Shown one piece after another: positions 34,055 to 48,500 of a DNA stretch of 64,000 nucleotides. The stretch comes from Amoebophrya sp. A120 (Eukaryota > Protista > Dinoflagellata): the NCBI GenBank assembly GCA_905178155.1, contig CAJINV010000023.1, forward strand, positions 524,289 through 588,288. Reading direction: 5' to 3'. Under the pieces are notes generated by a model. It ran no database searches, had not been told where the DNA came from, and saw only the letters and a list, made by a program, of their open reading frames with translations. The number at the start of each line of letters is the position of its first letter. Position 1 is the stretch's first letter. The position numbers and the translations under genes were made by a program.

Positions 34055-37000
34055 ATGCCTTGGCCGTGCCGAACAGTGCAGCCTTGCTTCCTGCTCACAC
34101 TGTATCAAATGCAAATATGTCTGGGTCTGGAAAGTTGGAACTTGTAATGCTGGTCTTGCATTCCTGTGAAATCTGTGTTGCATGCATAACCAACAAAAGT
34201 GGCAGCCTCGCACGCGGTTACACTAAAACGCAATTTCTCATGCGGAGTTCGTATGATAAAGCGTTGTGCAGACTTGTCATGCTTTCCTGCATGAGGAAGT
34301 GCTTTCATCATGCACATTTTAGCATCACAAATTTGCAGTCCCAGACATATTTGCATTTGATACGCTACTCGTGCTGACGATATGGACGAGTGTCAAGATA
34401 TGGATTGCAAAAATGTCTGGGTCTGGAAGAATGCAGGAGTTTGTCATGCAGGCTTTGGATGACCCATGAGGTCTGTGATGCATGCGCTAGCATCAGAGAT
34501 TTTGCGAGGGCTTTCTGTTTCTGATGCTCATACCGCATGAGAAATGCCTTTCCGCGTGGCACGAATTACACCTCTTTTGCTGTTCATGCACAAATACAGA
34601 TTTTATGTAGAGTCCAAAGGTAGCATCACAAGTTGCATCCTTCCAGACCCAGACACTTTTACATTTGATACAAGAACCGCCACTATTATTTCATCCACGG
34701 TGGGTCCGGCTCGGCGTCGGGTGGGTCCTGCACGACTGCGTTGCATATCAAAAGGAAAAATCCCCCCTCCCCATATCGAAAAAGGAAATTTGTGATGCTG
34801 ATTTGTGGTCACAAATACCCTCTGTCTTGCCTATAGGGTAATGGGAGCAATGTGGCGCATTCCACAGCCAGTCTGTCATGCGCTTTTGACTACTGCAAAC
34901 CTGTTTGTCATGCCCAATTGCTAACCTTCTGCACATTCAAACAGGCTTAGAAAATGCCGCCAAGCACTTTCTGCAAGACAGATCTGATTTGTGTACGCAC
35001 ATCCAGCATCAGAAACTTCCTTTTGATATGGGGAGGGGGGATTTTTCCTTACGATATTGCAAGTTGTGCAACTAGTACATCAACCCGCTCCTGCTCTACC
35101 ATATCCTGTGCAAAAGTATCGTACTCGTAGTAATCGCACACATGCATTACAAATCTTGCTCTTCAGGTGAATCCGCATTACAAATTTCATTTCTCATGCT
35201 GAGGAAATTTGTAATCCATTTATGCGAGTGCGATACTTTTGCAATGCATATACCACCCGATCCTGGTGCTCTACCACCGGAGAAGAAGAAGGGAGACTAC
35301 AGCGCCGGGGCCCCCGCGGAGACTAGTGCAAAAGTTCTACATGATCTTGAACCAGGACAACTACAAGAGCTTGCTCCGGTAAATCTTCACGACGACGGCG
35401 CGGCAAAAATAAAGGGAGTGCAACTAGATCAACATGTGTTCAAGAAGGAGTATGGTTGGCGCTTGGACCGAATCCTTTCTCTTGCTGATGCCGGGAGAAA
35501 TTCAACCGAGGTATCTAAGGTTAAAATCCCCCCTCCCCATATCGAAACGAAGTTTCTGATGCTGGATTTGCGTACACAAATGACGTCTGTCTTGCAATAT
35601 AGGACTGCAGCCAGATCAGATCCTCAGCCTGCTTCGGAGTGTAAGAGTCTAGCTGTTTCGCATGAGAGACGCCTGCCCTGTAGGCCCAACAGCATGAGAA
35701 ACCGCATCCACAATGCAGCGCACAGAACGGCGCTTGCCTTCTTGCAAGACAGAGCTGATTTGTCGTGACCACAAATCTGCGTCACAAATTTCCAGAGTGA
35801 TGCCTTTTTGATATGGGGAGGGGGGATTTTTCCTCTCAGTGCGAGGTCGTCTTTCACCTGCAGCAGTTGGTGTGCCACGACTTTGCAGCCAGCCCCCTCC
35901 CCCCGCTGGGACTGAAGTCCAACGACTACACTGGTTCTTTGACAGTAGAACCCGCCCATAGTACACCCTCATCCAAGAAGGAGGATGCTTTTACAACAAC
36001 AAGGCCCAGCACTTCTCCCGGCGGCGCGTCTTCTTCTTCAGGCAGTAAAGCAGGGGAGACCACATCTTCAAGAGTAGATATTATAAAAAAAGAACATCAA
36101 GATTGCCCTCAGCTTTTCGACGGTCCCTTATCAGCTGCAAATATGTCTGGGTCTGGGAGACTGCGAGATTTGTCATGCGACTGCGAGTCCGGCATGACTC
36201 TGAACTCTGGATTGCGTGGCCGCAAAGAGCTCCTCTCAAAGAACGCAGTTTCTCGTGCGGAGCACGCAACTCAGAACCATGGAAAAACTTGTCATGCTGC
36301 GCAGCGCAGTACAGTGCGCGCACTATGCCGTTTCTTGCATCACAAGTTCCCAGACATCCAGGGATATTTGCAATGCATATCCCTGCCATGTTTGCAAAAT
36401 GAACCAAAACTTCTTCTACTATCCAGGAAAAAAAGTGTGTTAGTGTAACTTTCTTGGAGGAACAGCATCACAAATTTGTTCTGCATGACAGAGAAAACCT
36501 CTCATGCGTGGTTTGTAAGGGAAAACACAAGTGAAAAGAGGACTGCGTGCTTGTCTGGCATGACAGGTGTAACTCTGTTGCATGTTCTGCATGACAGAGT
36601 TACACTTACACACTTTTTTTCTTTCATATCTACCCGCAGAAGATCACAACCGGATATCCTGAGTAAAAACGTACCCACACCAGAGTTGTCATGCTACTCT
36701 GCATGCTTAAAATGTTTCTCATGCGGAGCCCCATGAGAAGCATTTTCTAATGCGGTTTGGAAATCTGTAATGCGCCAATCAGCATGAGATACTAGATCTG
36801 TAATGCTGCTTAGCTAGCTCAAACAGCACTACACTACGCGTCCAAATTTGTCATGCGAAACAGCCAAAGCTTATGGATTTGTGTAGCGGATTTCCCATCT
36901 TGTTTCTGGTGTGGGTACGTTTTTACTCAGGATACCGGAAATGAGAACATCATGGAAATAAAGAAAGAAGTAGAAGCTGCAGCAGGAGAAGTCCCTGGAG

Positions 37001-40000
37001 CAGGTGTTCCTTCTCTACTGGACGCGTACATATCCCACGAAAAAAGTGTTCTTACAGTTACACATTTGTAGTGAATTCAGCAACACAAATTTCTCTGCAT
37101 GAGAGAGAAAACTTGCAATGCAGAAATCCTACGGGAATAAAACACCTATGAAACGAGGCTCCCATGCATATTCATCCGGCATGACAACGCTCGTCTGTCT
37201 TGCTTGGGGTGCAGCAACACAATGTGTAACTGTAACGCTTTTTTCTTGCGATAGTACAGATCATTTCACCAACAGAGCCTGCGAGGAGTCCGGCTTTCTA
37301 ATTCTCCTCCGCGCCGAGCGGCCCAGTATCGCAAGGAAAAATCCCCCCTCCCCATATTGAAGAGGTAGGTTTTCGAAAATTTGTGTTGCTGATTTGAGGT
37401 CACAAATCATGTTTGTGCTGCAAGAAGACAAGGGCAGCAGCTTCCGTCCCATTATGGAGCCGGTTTGTCATGCTGTTGAGCCAACATCACGGACGCTTTT
37501 CATGCTAAGCGCCTAAGTCAAAGCCTCTCCACTCAGGCTTGATATGGGTCTGCAGTCCTCTCCAGCAAGACAAATGCGATTTGTGTACTCAAATAGATAC
37601 TGCATCACAAATTTCGTTTTCGATATGGGGAGGGGGGATTTTTCTTTTTGATACCCAGGAGCAACTCCTTAACAAGCCTCGTCCCGGCGGGACCACGGCA
37701 GGAACTTCTACAACAGCGCCGAGACTACACAGCATAAGAATAGTTGCATGGCGGTATTGAAAGGAAAAATCCCCCCTCCCCATATTGAAAAGGTATGACT
37801 TCGAAAATTTGTATTGCTGATTTGAGGTCACAAATCATATTTATCTTGCAAGAAGACAAGGGCAGGAGCTTGCGCCCCATTATGGAGGCGATTTGTCATG
37901 CTGCTGGGCCTAAAGGGGAGCCGTTTGCCATGCTGAGCAACTAGACACATGCGCCCCTTTCTAGCCTGGAGATGGATCTGCCGGCAATGCCACTCTGCAA
38001 TACAAGGCTGATTTGTGTACGCAGATCCAGCATCAGAAGCTTCCTTTTGATATGGGGAGGGGGGATTTTTCCTTTTGATAGGCGGCATCGCAACGGATTT
38101 GGCGGCGCTGGGGACCTATCAAATGCAAATATCCCTGGATGTCTGGAAGAGTGTAGACTTGTCATGCAGCCTTTCCATGTTGACCCCTGAGGTCTGGAAT
38201 TATGCGGGACCTAGCATGACAGAGTCTACTGTGAGGTCTCTGTCATGCCTATTTTACATGGGAAACTCCCTGTCACCTTGGCCAAAAGTAGAAGAGCCTT
38301 CGGCACTCATGCAACACAGATTCTTGCGTGATGCGGATTTAGCATGACAACTTGCATCCTTCCAGCCCCAGACCTATTTGCAATGCATAGGACCAGATGG
38401 GCGGGCTGTTCAACGCCTTCGCCAGCGCCCTGGTCCTGTATTACCGTGAAAAATGCCCCCACTCCCAAGGTTGCAAAAATTTGTGATGTGAAGTTTCCAA
38501 ATGAAAACTTTTTGTCATGCATGCGCATGCATGAAAGGAGTACGAATCTTTCTGATGCAGAGTCAGACGTGTGTCGCATCGCTTGCAACTGCACAGCTTG
38601 CATGACAAGGGCCGCTCTTGCTGGGATCTTTTGCAGTACAGATTTTTGCTATTTAAGATTGGAATTCTGTGATGCTGATAGATGCAAGAGGGCGAATGTT
38701 TCACTTGGAAAGGTCTGCAATACAAATGCTCCCAAGTTGGTTCGGGGGTGGGGGCATTTTTCATTGTAATATCCTGAAAGCGCTGTTCTTCGTGGTTCCG
38801 GCCCCAGGCGGAGGGGACGAAGACACCAGCGTCCTGGCGAAAGTATCAAATGTAAAAATGTCTGGGTCTGGAAGATTCTAAACTTGTAATGCTGTCTCTG
38901 GATTCTAGAAAAATTTGTATTGCATGACCAGCAAAATAAGGACTCCAGTGTGTGCTACGTGGAGAGAGCATTATTTCTCATGTGCTAGAGGCATCACAAA
39001 GTCCTCTAACAATCTGTGATGCTACGGCATGCATCACAGACATCATGGGTCATTCAAAATATGCATGACAAACCTGGCAAACTTCCAGCCCCAGACATTT
39101 TTGCATTCGATAGAAAGCGCTCCAAGACCACCAGCACATGGTTTCACCCACGAACGTATCAAATGTAAAAATGTCTGGGTCTGGAAGAGTCATGCTGTTT
39201 TTGCATGACACAGAAGGTCTGGCATGGAAGCTCTAGCATCACAGGTTTTGAGAACCTTCCGCAATGCCGAATCCGCATGACAAGTCCCCTATTTTGGTGG
39301 CAAAAAGTGGGAGCTTTTGCTACGTATGCATGAGAGACTTTTCTGTGTTCTGAAATACGCATTACAAGTTGCATTCTTCCAAACCCAGACATTTTTACAT
39401 TTGATAGAACGAAAACGGCAAGAATAATATTGGCTTCTTGCTTCCGAGTATCGTACGAAAAAAGTGTTTCACTGTGATGACTTTGCAAGATCTGCATCAC
39501 AAGTTTGCTACACATGACTGAAAATTTGTGATGCGCGCTTCCCAAGGGAAAACACGCTTGCAAATCCAATGCCTTGCTGGTGTAGCAAGCCAGAGAGTTC
39601 TGTGTTCCATTTTCTGCATCACAAGTTCACAGTGAAACAGTTTTTTCTCACGATACCGAGCACCGAGAAGCTCCGAGAGGTCGCGCAGCAGCTGAAATCG
39701 AAGCAACAAGTATCGACCTCCACGCGAAGGAGGAGTCTACAACCACTTTCGTATGCACTGCAAATATGTCTGGGTCTGGAAAGTTGGAACTTGTAATGCT
39801 AGCTTTACATTCCTGGGATGAAATCTGTATTGCATAACCGACAAATAAAGCCGCACCCATTTTTGTCATGCAAAAACGCAGTTTCTCGTGTGGGCTGCCT
39901 ATGAGAAAGTGCTCCGGATGAAAGTTGTCATGCTGGTCTGCATTCGGAAGTGTTTCCATCATGCACATTTTAGCATCACAAGTTTCCAGACCCAGCTATA

Positions 40001-43000
40001 TTTGCAATCCATATTTCTGGGGCCACTACAACAAATCCAGTTCCTAAGGTCGTCGAGAAAGTTACCGTGAGGAAAAATCCCTCCTCCCAATAGTGAAAAC
40101 GTATGTTCCTAAAAATTTGTGATGCTGATTTGTGAGCACAAATCCTGTCTCTCTTGCAAGAAGGCAAGTCCAAAGAATTCGCCGCCTTATGGATGCGATT
40201 TGTAATGCTGTTTCACTTACATGGAGAGCCTCCGTCATGCTAAGTGCCTACAACAAAACACCCCTACGCAGGCTGAGGCTTTGCCTGTAGTGCCTCACTG
40301 CAAGACACGGCTGATTTGTGTACACAAATTCAGCAACAGAAATTCCCGCTTCAATATGGGGAGGGGAGATTTTTCACTTTGATAAATGTAATCCGCAAGG
40401 TCGACGCACGCCTGACCACGGGACACATTTTGGACGCATTCCGAGCCGGTGCCGAATTGGTCTATGAACTGCAAATAAGTCTGGGTCTGGAAGAGTCGGA
40501 GCTTGTCATGCACATTTTGCATGAGCCATGATGTCTGTGATGCACGCCCTAGCATCACAGAATTTTTGAGGGCATCTTGATGCCTACTCAGCATGACAAA
40601 TGCCCTCTCCACGTAGCAAAAATCGCATTCCCTTTGCTGCTCATGCAATACAGATTTTTTTGGAATCCAAATGCAGCATCACAAGTTGCATTCTTCCAGA
40701 CCCAGACGCGTTTGCAATCCATATGGTCCTGGTGGAGACCAACTCAAAGATGGTCCCACTGTACTCGACCTGCTTTCCGCGCTGCGCTTTATTACACTGA
40801 AAAATGCCCCCACTCCCGAAGTTGCAATAGTTTGTGATGCATAAGGTTTTCAAATGAAGAACTTTTTGTCATGCATGCGTGAAAGGCGTATGAACCTTTC
40901 TGCTGCAAAATCCAGGCGTATGTAGCATCGCTGGCATTACAGGCGCCACTGTTTCTGGGATCTTTTGCATATACAAATTTCTGCTATTCACGACTGAAGA
41001 TCTGTGATGCTGATAGATGCAAGAGGGCGAGTGTTTCATTTGGATCGGTTTGCAATGCAAATGCTCCAAGTCCTGGGGTCGTGGGGGCATTTTTTATTGC
41101 CATACGCCTTCGACTTTCTTTTTGCACCCACGCCGGGTCTAGCAGACAGGGTCAAACAGGCCCGCGCGTTGCTTCTTCAACACGCCGGAGTCGTGTCAGA
41201 CCAGGGACCCAGCGGCGGCCCAGGAAAGAACAAGAACATGACGCACGAGCTGCACAAGGACCCCGTCCTCGCGACGTCGTCGACTACTTCACTAGACAAC
41301 AAGAAGGACCACGACGACCACGACCTGGTCGCGCCTCCCGCCGGCCGCCTGGTCGTGCCGCCCCGGCCCCCTATGAAATGAAAATATGTCTGGGTCTGGA
41401 AGATTCCCAGGTTTGTCATGCATGTTTTGCATGTCCCATGACGCCTGTGATGCATGACCTAGCATCGCAGATTTTTAGGGGGCTTACTTATGCCTAATCC
41501 GCATGAGAAATGCCCTCTCCGTGTAGCAGAAACTGGGCTCCTCTTGCTAGTGACGCAATACAGATTTTTTTAGGATCCAAGAACAGCATGACAAGTTGCA
41601 ACCTTCCAGACCCAGACATTTTTGCATTTGATACTCCCGCGGCCTCGGGCGCCATCAATCTGCATGCACTTGCGGTTCGGCCGCTTCTTTTCGGAGGGGC
41701 TGGCTTTCAAGTCCACCGGCACCGGGGCCTTGCAGCGATCGCCGGGTGCGTGGAAGATCTTCCAAGAACAGATGGCCAACGTTATCAAATGCAAATATGT
41801 CTGGGTCTGGAAGAATGCGAGGTTTGTCATGCGCGGCTAGCATGGCCTTCCAGTCTGTCATGCTCCCCACCCAAAAGCCACATTTCTCTGCAATTATGCA
41901 GAAACGCAGTTTGTCATGCAGATAGGCAACTACACTATAGCAACTCCGAAACTTGTCATGCTTGGCTGTCAATGAAGGTGGCGTCCACATGATTCGCCAA
42001 ACAGCATCACGAGTCCTTTCCAGACCCAGATGACATATTTGCGGTGGATAAATGTTCTCAGCTGCGTAGATCGGATTGCAAGAGCGAAACTGCACGAAGA
42101 TGCGGACGCAAATACCACGAAAAATGCTACATCAAAACTAACGACTGACGGCAGGAAAGATCCCGTTGCGGTCGCATCATCATCTTCGCAAAAAGCGCAG
42201 CTTCTGGTGTTTTCCGACACTCAGGCCGCGAATGAGCACCTCGCAACAGCCAGCAAAGACACCACAAGGAACCACTTGTTCGAGGTAGTCCGTCTTCCAT
42301 TTCCGCCACCACTAACAAATGCAAAAGTGTCTGGGTCAGGAAGATTTCGAGATTTGTCATGCATATTTTCCATGAGCCATGATGTCTGTGATGCATGCCG
42401 TAGCATCACAGATTTTTAGAGGGCCTTGCGATACCTCTCCCGCATGAGAAATGTCCTCTCCGCGTAGCACAAAATGGAGTCCTCTTGCTGGTCATGCAAT
42501 ACAAATTTTGTTAGAATCCAGAGGCAGCATCACAAGTTCCAACCTTCAGCAGACCCAGACATTTTTGTATTTGATAGCCACAGCACGTGGACAAAACGAA
42601 GAAATCCGACATGCAACAACTGTGGACCGAAATTTCGCTGCTCGGTACGTGTGATGTGTATGCGGGATGGTATTCCGGCTTCAGTGAGTTGGCATGGGCC
42701 TTGGCGTACCTATCAACCGCAAAAATGTCTGGATGTCTGGAAATAAAGTGTAGACTTGTCATGCAGATTTTCCATTACCTTTGAGGTCTGGAATGCGGGA
42801 CTTGCCATGACGGACATTCTGTGAGATCCCTATCATGCCTATCCTGTCGATGAGAAACTCTCTTCCAACCTGGTCAAAAGTGTACAGCTTTTGGCACTCA
42901 TGCAACACAGATTTTTGCATGCTTCAGATTTACCATGACAAGTTCCAATCTTCCAGACCCAGACACTTTTGCATTTCATAGTACCCTTCCCCGCACGAAA

Positions 43001-43059
43001 CCTGGGGGCTCTACAACTGTAAGCGGCAGCAGATTCGGGGCCTCATCCTGCGCCGATAG
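34055..43059 (+). CDS. Fucosyltransferase-like glycosyltransferase (alpha-1,2/1,6/O-FucT-like superfamily) with N-terminal signal anchor and low-complexity stem (24 element-introns)
   Basis: Joined exons: MPWPCRTVQPCFLLTLLVLTIWTSVK (hydrophobic anchor)...GFGGAGDQMGGLFNAFASAL...CAFDFLFAPT...ICMHLRFG (motif I-like)...LLVFSD (motif II-like)...EISLLGTCDVYAGWYSGFSELA (motif III-like)...RR*. Donor sugar specificity cannot be determined from this. Confidence 0.75.
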
Positions 43060-43814
43060 AGCGAATTATATGACCTAAGGACCTGGATTTTTTTTTTTCT
43101 ACATCGATAAAAACTATATATAAACTTGGATTTCATCTACATCGATAAAAACTACAAGGGGACAGCTTATGTCGTGCAAGGGGAGGGTGAACGAGTTTGC
43201 GAAGGGGGAAAGAAAAAAGGAAGAGATGGGGTGGGAAGGGGGGAAGGAGTGATGATGTTCAGGACTATCTAGTTGTGGGAATAATCTCGTGTGTCGGTTT
43301 TAAAGCTAATTTGTGATGCGAAGTTACCGTTCCTGCATGAAATGTGATTGGGAGTTCCTGCTGAATAATGTGATGATGATATTAAGTTCGTACACGATAA
43401 TGCGAAATGAAGACGAACCAAAAGTGTGATGCTGGTTCCCGCCTGAGAGCATAAATGTACACTGAAAGTTCAAAATGTATACACATCAAATTTTGTTCAC
43501 AAAATGCCTTACAATTGAAATTTTGTTCCTCTGATGTTGTTCAAAATTTCAAATGTGTAGGCTCCTCCGCTGCGATCCATGTGATAAGTGTGTGTTCATG
43601 TGCAAAAATTTGTCGTTCAAAATTCCTGTTCGAAAATTAGGTCGTGAAAAAATCTGATCTCCGCATGACGTTCTTGTTGAAAATCAGTTTGGAAAATTTG
43701 ATGTTTCAAAAAGTTGCGCCAACCCGCAGGACCGCTTGCGCGCTTCCCGCGCCTGTGGGCGCTCTGCGCAGGGAGCAGCTGCAAAGAACACCGGGGGTGA
43801 ACAGAAGCCGCCCG

Positions 43815-44390
43815 GCGCGAGAGGGTAGAGCGAGTGGGTGGCGCGAGAGGGTAGCGCGAGAGGGTTGCGCGAGAGGGTCGCGCGAGAGGGTTCGTGGCGA
43901 GAGAGGGTGGCAAGGAAAGACTCCGAAGAAAACAAGCTCGCAAATGGCCTGCAATGCGAAATATGGGTAGTGACATGCGGATTCGCGCCCACTTCTTTCT
44001 GTTTTTACCCTCTCGCAGACCTCTCGCAGACCCTCTTTTTGGCCTCTTTTCGGGGTCCCCGCTAATAGTCCGGCTATACTCGCGGGTAGAGGTCGACAGA
44101 GGTGGCCGAGAGGTGGCCAGGAGGGTGCGCGGGAGGTTCGCCCTTATTCGCGCAACCTCTCGGCACCTCTGTCCACCTCCCGCTTGCCCTCTGTTTTACC
44201 TCTCGGCCACCTCCGTGCCCCTTAGCGGCCCTAAAGGGCGACCGGTTCGGCGGGCTATAGTCACGCCACCTCTCGGCCACCCTCCCGAATAACCTCCCGC
44301 GCCACCTCTCCACCTCTGTCGACCTCTTTTTTGCCTCTTTTGACCTCTTTTTGACCTCCCTGCCACCTCTCGTTTACCCTCTCCCGAACA
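43815..44390. repeat. AGAGGG/ACCTCT-rich low-complexity repeat similar in style to 14819-16945
   Basis: (GCGAGAGGGT..)n at 43815-43910 and alternating AGAGG / ACCTCT tracts to 44390. It shares GGCTATA cores with the 14.8-16.9 kb units. Confidence 0.6.
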
Positions 44391-45563
44391 ATATTTTCGC
44401 ATGAATATAAAAGATAGTAATAGTGGATTTGGATTTCTACATCGATAAAAACTATATATAAAGCAAACAGTTTGATATCTTCTTCAGCCTCAGCGCAGTT
44501 GTCAAGCCAAATATTTAGATAAAGACTATGCAAACACTTTAACCGTATATTCAGTATCAGTTGCACCGTCAGAAAGTATAGCTTGTTGAAGAGCTGCTGC
44601 CATCAGATCTTCTGACCAACATCGATAGACATCGCAGCAGAGCTCCTGCAATGACCTATCTTCAATGAGCTGATTCTTGATGTGGTCTCACTATGCTTGA
44701 ATATTCAGGGCGCAGTGCAGTGCGGTGGGTAGAGCCCGTTGCGGCCGCAGTTCTTCTTATCTATACGGCTATACAGTGCGGTGATGATAGATCGACAAGA
44801 CAAGTGGTCTACGGTAGTAGTTTTGGTAGATGATAGAAGATCGACATCAAGCAGGTGGGACAAGATCATGGCTGATTTGTATAAATCAGCTTTGCCCAGT
44901 GATTGTTTGTTCGTCTTCGCACTATAATGCGCACATTAGCTATATGCATTGCAAAAGTGTCTGGGTCTGGAAGAATAGTACAACTTGTCATGCTAAATCT
45001 CCAGCATGCGAAAATCTGTGTTGCATGATTACCAAAAGTCGTCCAGTTTTGACCAAGTGGTCGGGAGGGCGTTTCTCATGCAGGATAGGCACGAGAGAGA
45101 TCGCGCAGAATCTGACGTGCTAGGTCCTGCATTCCAGACCTCATGGGAATGGGTCATAGAAAAGCTGCATGACAAAGCGCGCACTCTTCCAGACCCAGAC
45201 ATTTTTACATTTAATAAAAGCTACTAATACCAAGACAACTCCATGATTAATATGCTAACGCGATCAACATCTTCGAGTTCGAGATCCCACGCGATATAGT
45301 ATTCAAAACATCTGCCGTCTTTATTGATGTCAGGTGTTTACATATGATATTTGATTTTATTAGAAAAACAAATAAAATTTTAGCTACGGGGAGTTGTATT
45401 TCTATTTTTATTTTTACGATGAGCAGTAACACCAGTAGGAGGTATTTGTTACATACGTGTACCGGAAAAGATAACTATCGCTAGTCTTTGGTCATCATCC
45501 TGCCTTCTACTTCTGCATCCTCGAGGGCGAGGCTATCGCAGAGAAGATGAGGACCAGCACGAC

Positions 45564-48500
45564 ATGACAGCCGCAACACCGCAGCTGCGGCCACCGGGGG
45601 TGTGCGTCGCCGTCGGAATCTGGTTTCTGCTCGTCTACTTCTCGCGGAACAATCTCCAGTCCGAACAAAGCCAACAAGGAGAGCTATCCTGTGTAAAAAC
45701 GTACCCACCCCAGAGTCAAGTTGGGAACCCAGCAACACAAATCCAGAAGTTTTGGGAGCCACGCATGACAAGTTGCAGTCCGCAGTGTAGTGCATGTTAG
45801 CAAGGGCAACGGCATCACAAATCCACCTGCTTATCCTGTTTGCAGCATTACAAATGCCAAAACACGATTGGAAATGCCTGTCATGGGGAAGCGCATTACA
45901 AGCGTTCCTGTCATTGCAAATCTGCGTGATAACTCTGGTGTGGGGACGTTTTTACTCAGGATAAGAGCGGACCGGTGTTGCGTGTAACCGCTACCGCTTG
46001 TTTCAGCATGCGGAGGCTCCTTCGCCGTATTCTGCGTAAAAACGTCCGCGCCCCAGAGTCAAGATGGGAAATCTGCTACACAAATCAACCCGCCTTGGTT
46101 GTTTCGCATGACAAGTTTGTGCTCGTAGTGTAATCCTGTTATAGCTAGTTCCGAAGCATCACAGGTCTAGCATATCATGCTGATTCTAGCATCACAAATC
46201 CCATAACGCGCCTAGAAAATGGCACTCATGGGGCTCCGCATCAGAAACTTTTTTCTTTTTGGCATGCAGATTTGCATGACAAAAATTCTGGGGTGGGGAC
46301 GTTTTTACTCAGAATACGCCGCCTGCTGTAATTATACAACCGCCGCCAGCGGGTGGAGTTCCGCACGAAACCAGCCCAGACACGACGACCAACCAGGCAG
46401 CGGCAGCAGAGACGCGGAACACGAACAAAGCAGTAGAGCAGCTGCCTACATATTCCAGTAGTACAACGCGGCCAATGGAAGTTGTGCGTAGTACAGATGA
46501 ACAAGATCATAAACGTACTAGACCTGCTGGAGGAGTAGTACAACAGCCAGAGGGTTCATCATCTCCTGCTAGTACAGCAGCTTCTACTTCACCTACTCCG
46601 GGGCGAGTCCGGCACGTGGTTTTCTACTCGGCCAAGATGTTTACGCCCGGGCAGGACGGCGTGCGCCAGGTGATCGACAGAAATGCCATCTTCGTGTGGC
46701 GCTGGCTGTCGCAGGTGTATTCTCCTATCGGACGAAAAAAGTGTTTCACTCCGAGGATTTTGCAAGTTTTGCATCACTTCTTGCTCTACATCACAAAGAA
46801 AATTTTCGACGCGATATTCCAAAGGGAAGACACAGCTAAAAATCCATTGTCTTGCATGTGTAGCAAGACAAACACTTCTCATATGCATTTTCTGCATTAC
46901 AAGTCTACAGTGAAACAGTGTTTTTCTTGCGATATCTCCGTCCCTTCAAGTAATCGACTTCTCCAACCGGACCGACGTAGTGGCAGACGTGGGAGACTAT
47001 GCAGTGCAAATATGTCTGGGTCTGGAAGGGTGAAACTTGTAATGCTGTCTGCGGAATCTAAAAATGTCTGTGTTGCATGAGCAGCAAGAGAAGTCCAGTT
47101 CTTGGCACGCGGAGAGAGCATTTCTTATGCGTGATAAGCATCAAGAAGCCCTCAAAAAATCTGTGATGCTAGGATCTGCATCACAGACCTCACGGGTCAT
47201 GCAAAATGTGCATGACAAACCCCGACTCTTCCAGACATCCAGGAATATTTGCAGTTGATAGAGACAAGGTTCCCACGATCCCGAAAATGTACCGGGTCGC
47301 CATGGCGACCTTTCCGACAGCGGAAACCTTTACCTACGTGAACTCTATGCAAGAAAAAAACTGTGTAAGTGTAAATCTGTGATGGAGAATTATGTAAAAC
47401 AGTTAGCACTTGTCATGCTAGATCTGCGTCATAGACTACTATCGTACGTGTTTCCACTGATACTAGCTACGCATGACAGGTTTATTTCCCTGTATATGCA
47501 AAGCGAATTTGTGATGCAGCTCTTCCTACAAAGTTACACTTACACAGTTTTTTTCCTGGATAAACTCCGACATTCTGCCGTCCACCTGGTTTGTGAAAAC
47601 CGCTGACTTCCTATCCTATGTAAAAACTACGTCCCCACACGACCAGAGTCAACATGGGAAGTCTGCAACACAAATCCCTAACTTTTGGGAGTTCTGCATG
47701 ACAGGTTTCCATCTGCAGCATCGTGCTGGCTAGCAAGGAAAGTCGCATGAAAAATAACAATAAGCCGTTTGCTTCTCATCCTGTTTACAGCATTACAAAT
47801 GGTGCCAAAGCACGACTGGAAATATAAATATGCCTCTCATGGAGATGCGCATTCCAAATAGATTCCTGTGATTGCGCAGGTGCATGACAACTTTGGGTGG
47901 GGACGTTTTTACACAGGATACTTCCTCGCGGATACTTATCGGAACTCGGGCACCGAGTTTCTGGCGGTGGGGATACGCCGCAACCTGAAGTGGCAGAAGT
48001 ATCCAAGAAACAAACTGTGTAAGTGTAAATTTGTGTTGCAGAAAATGCAACACTGTTACACTTGTCATGCTGGACATTCATCAGAGGCAATTTTCGTGCG
48101 TGTTTTCACGTACTAGCTACTCATGACAGGTTTTCTGTGTCATGCAGAGCAAACTTGTGATGCCATTCCCTCAAGAAACTTACACTTACACAGTTTTTTT
48201 CCTGGATAAGAAGGAGTGGGATTTTGCGCAGATGAACGACGGGACAACTGGAACAACAATAGGAAATAACGCAAATAGTAAAAATGATATCATCAAGGCC
48301 CCGCCTCATGTAATCGCGTCGCCCACCGCCGCCGAGCTTGCCGCTCGGGCAAACTCCACTTTGAAAGAGTGTGGTGTTGACCTGACCACCGCACTGCGTA
48401 GCTGGAAGTGCGCCCCCAACGGTGGCGTACTCGCGCAGGACTACTTTGTGGCCTCGCGCAACATCTGGGACTGGAACCGTATCCCGGAGTTCCAGATTGG

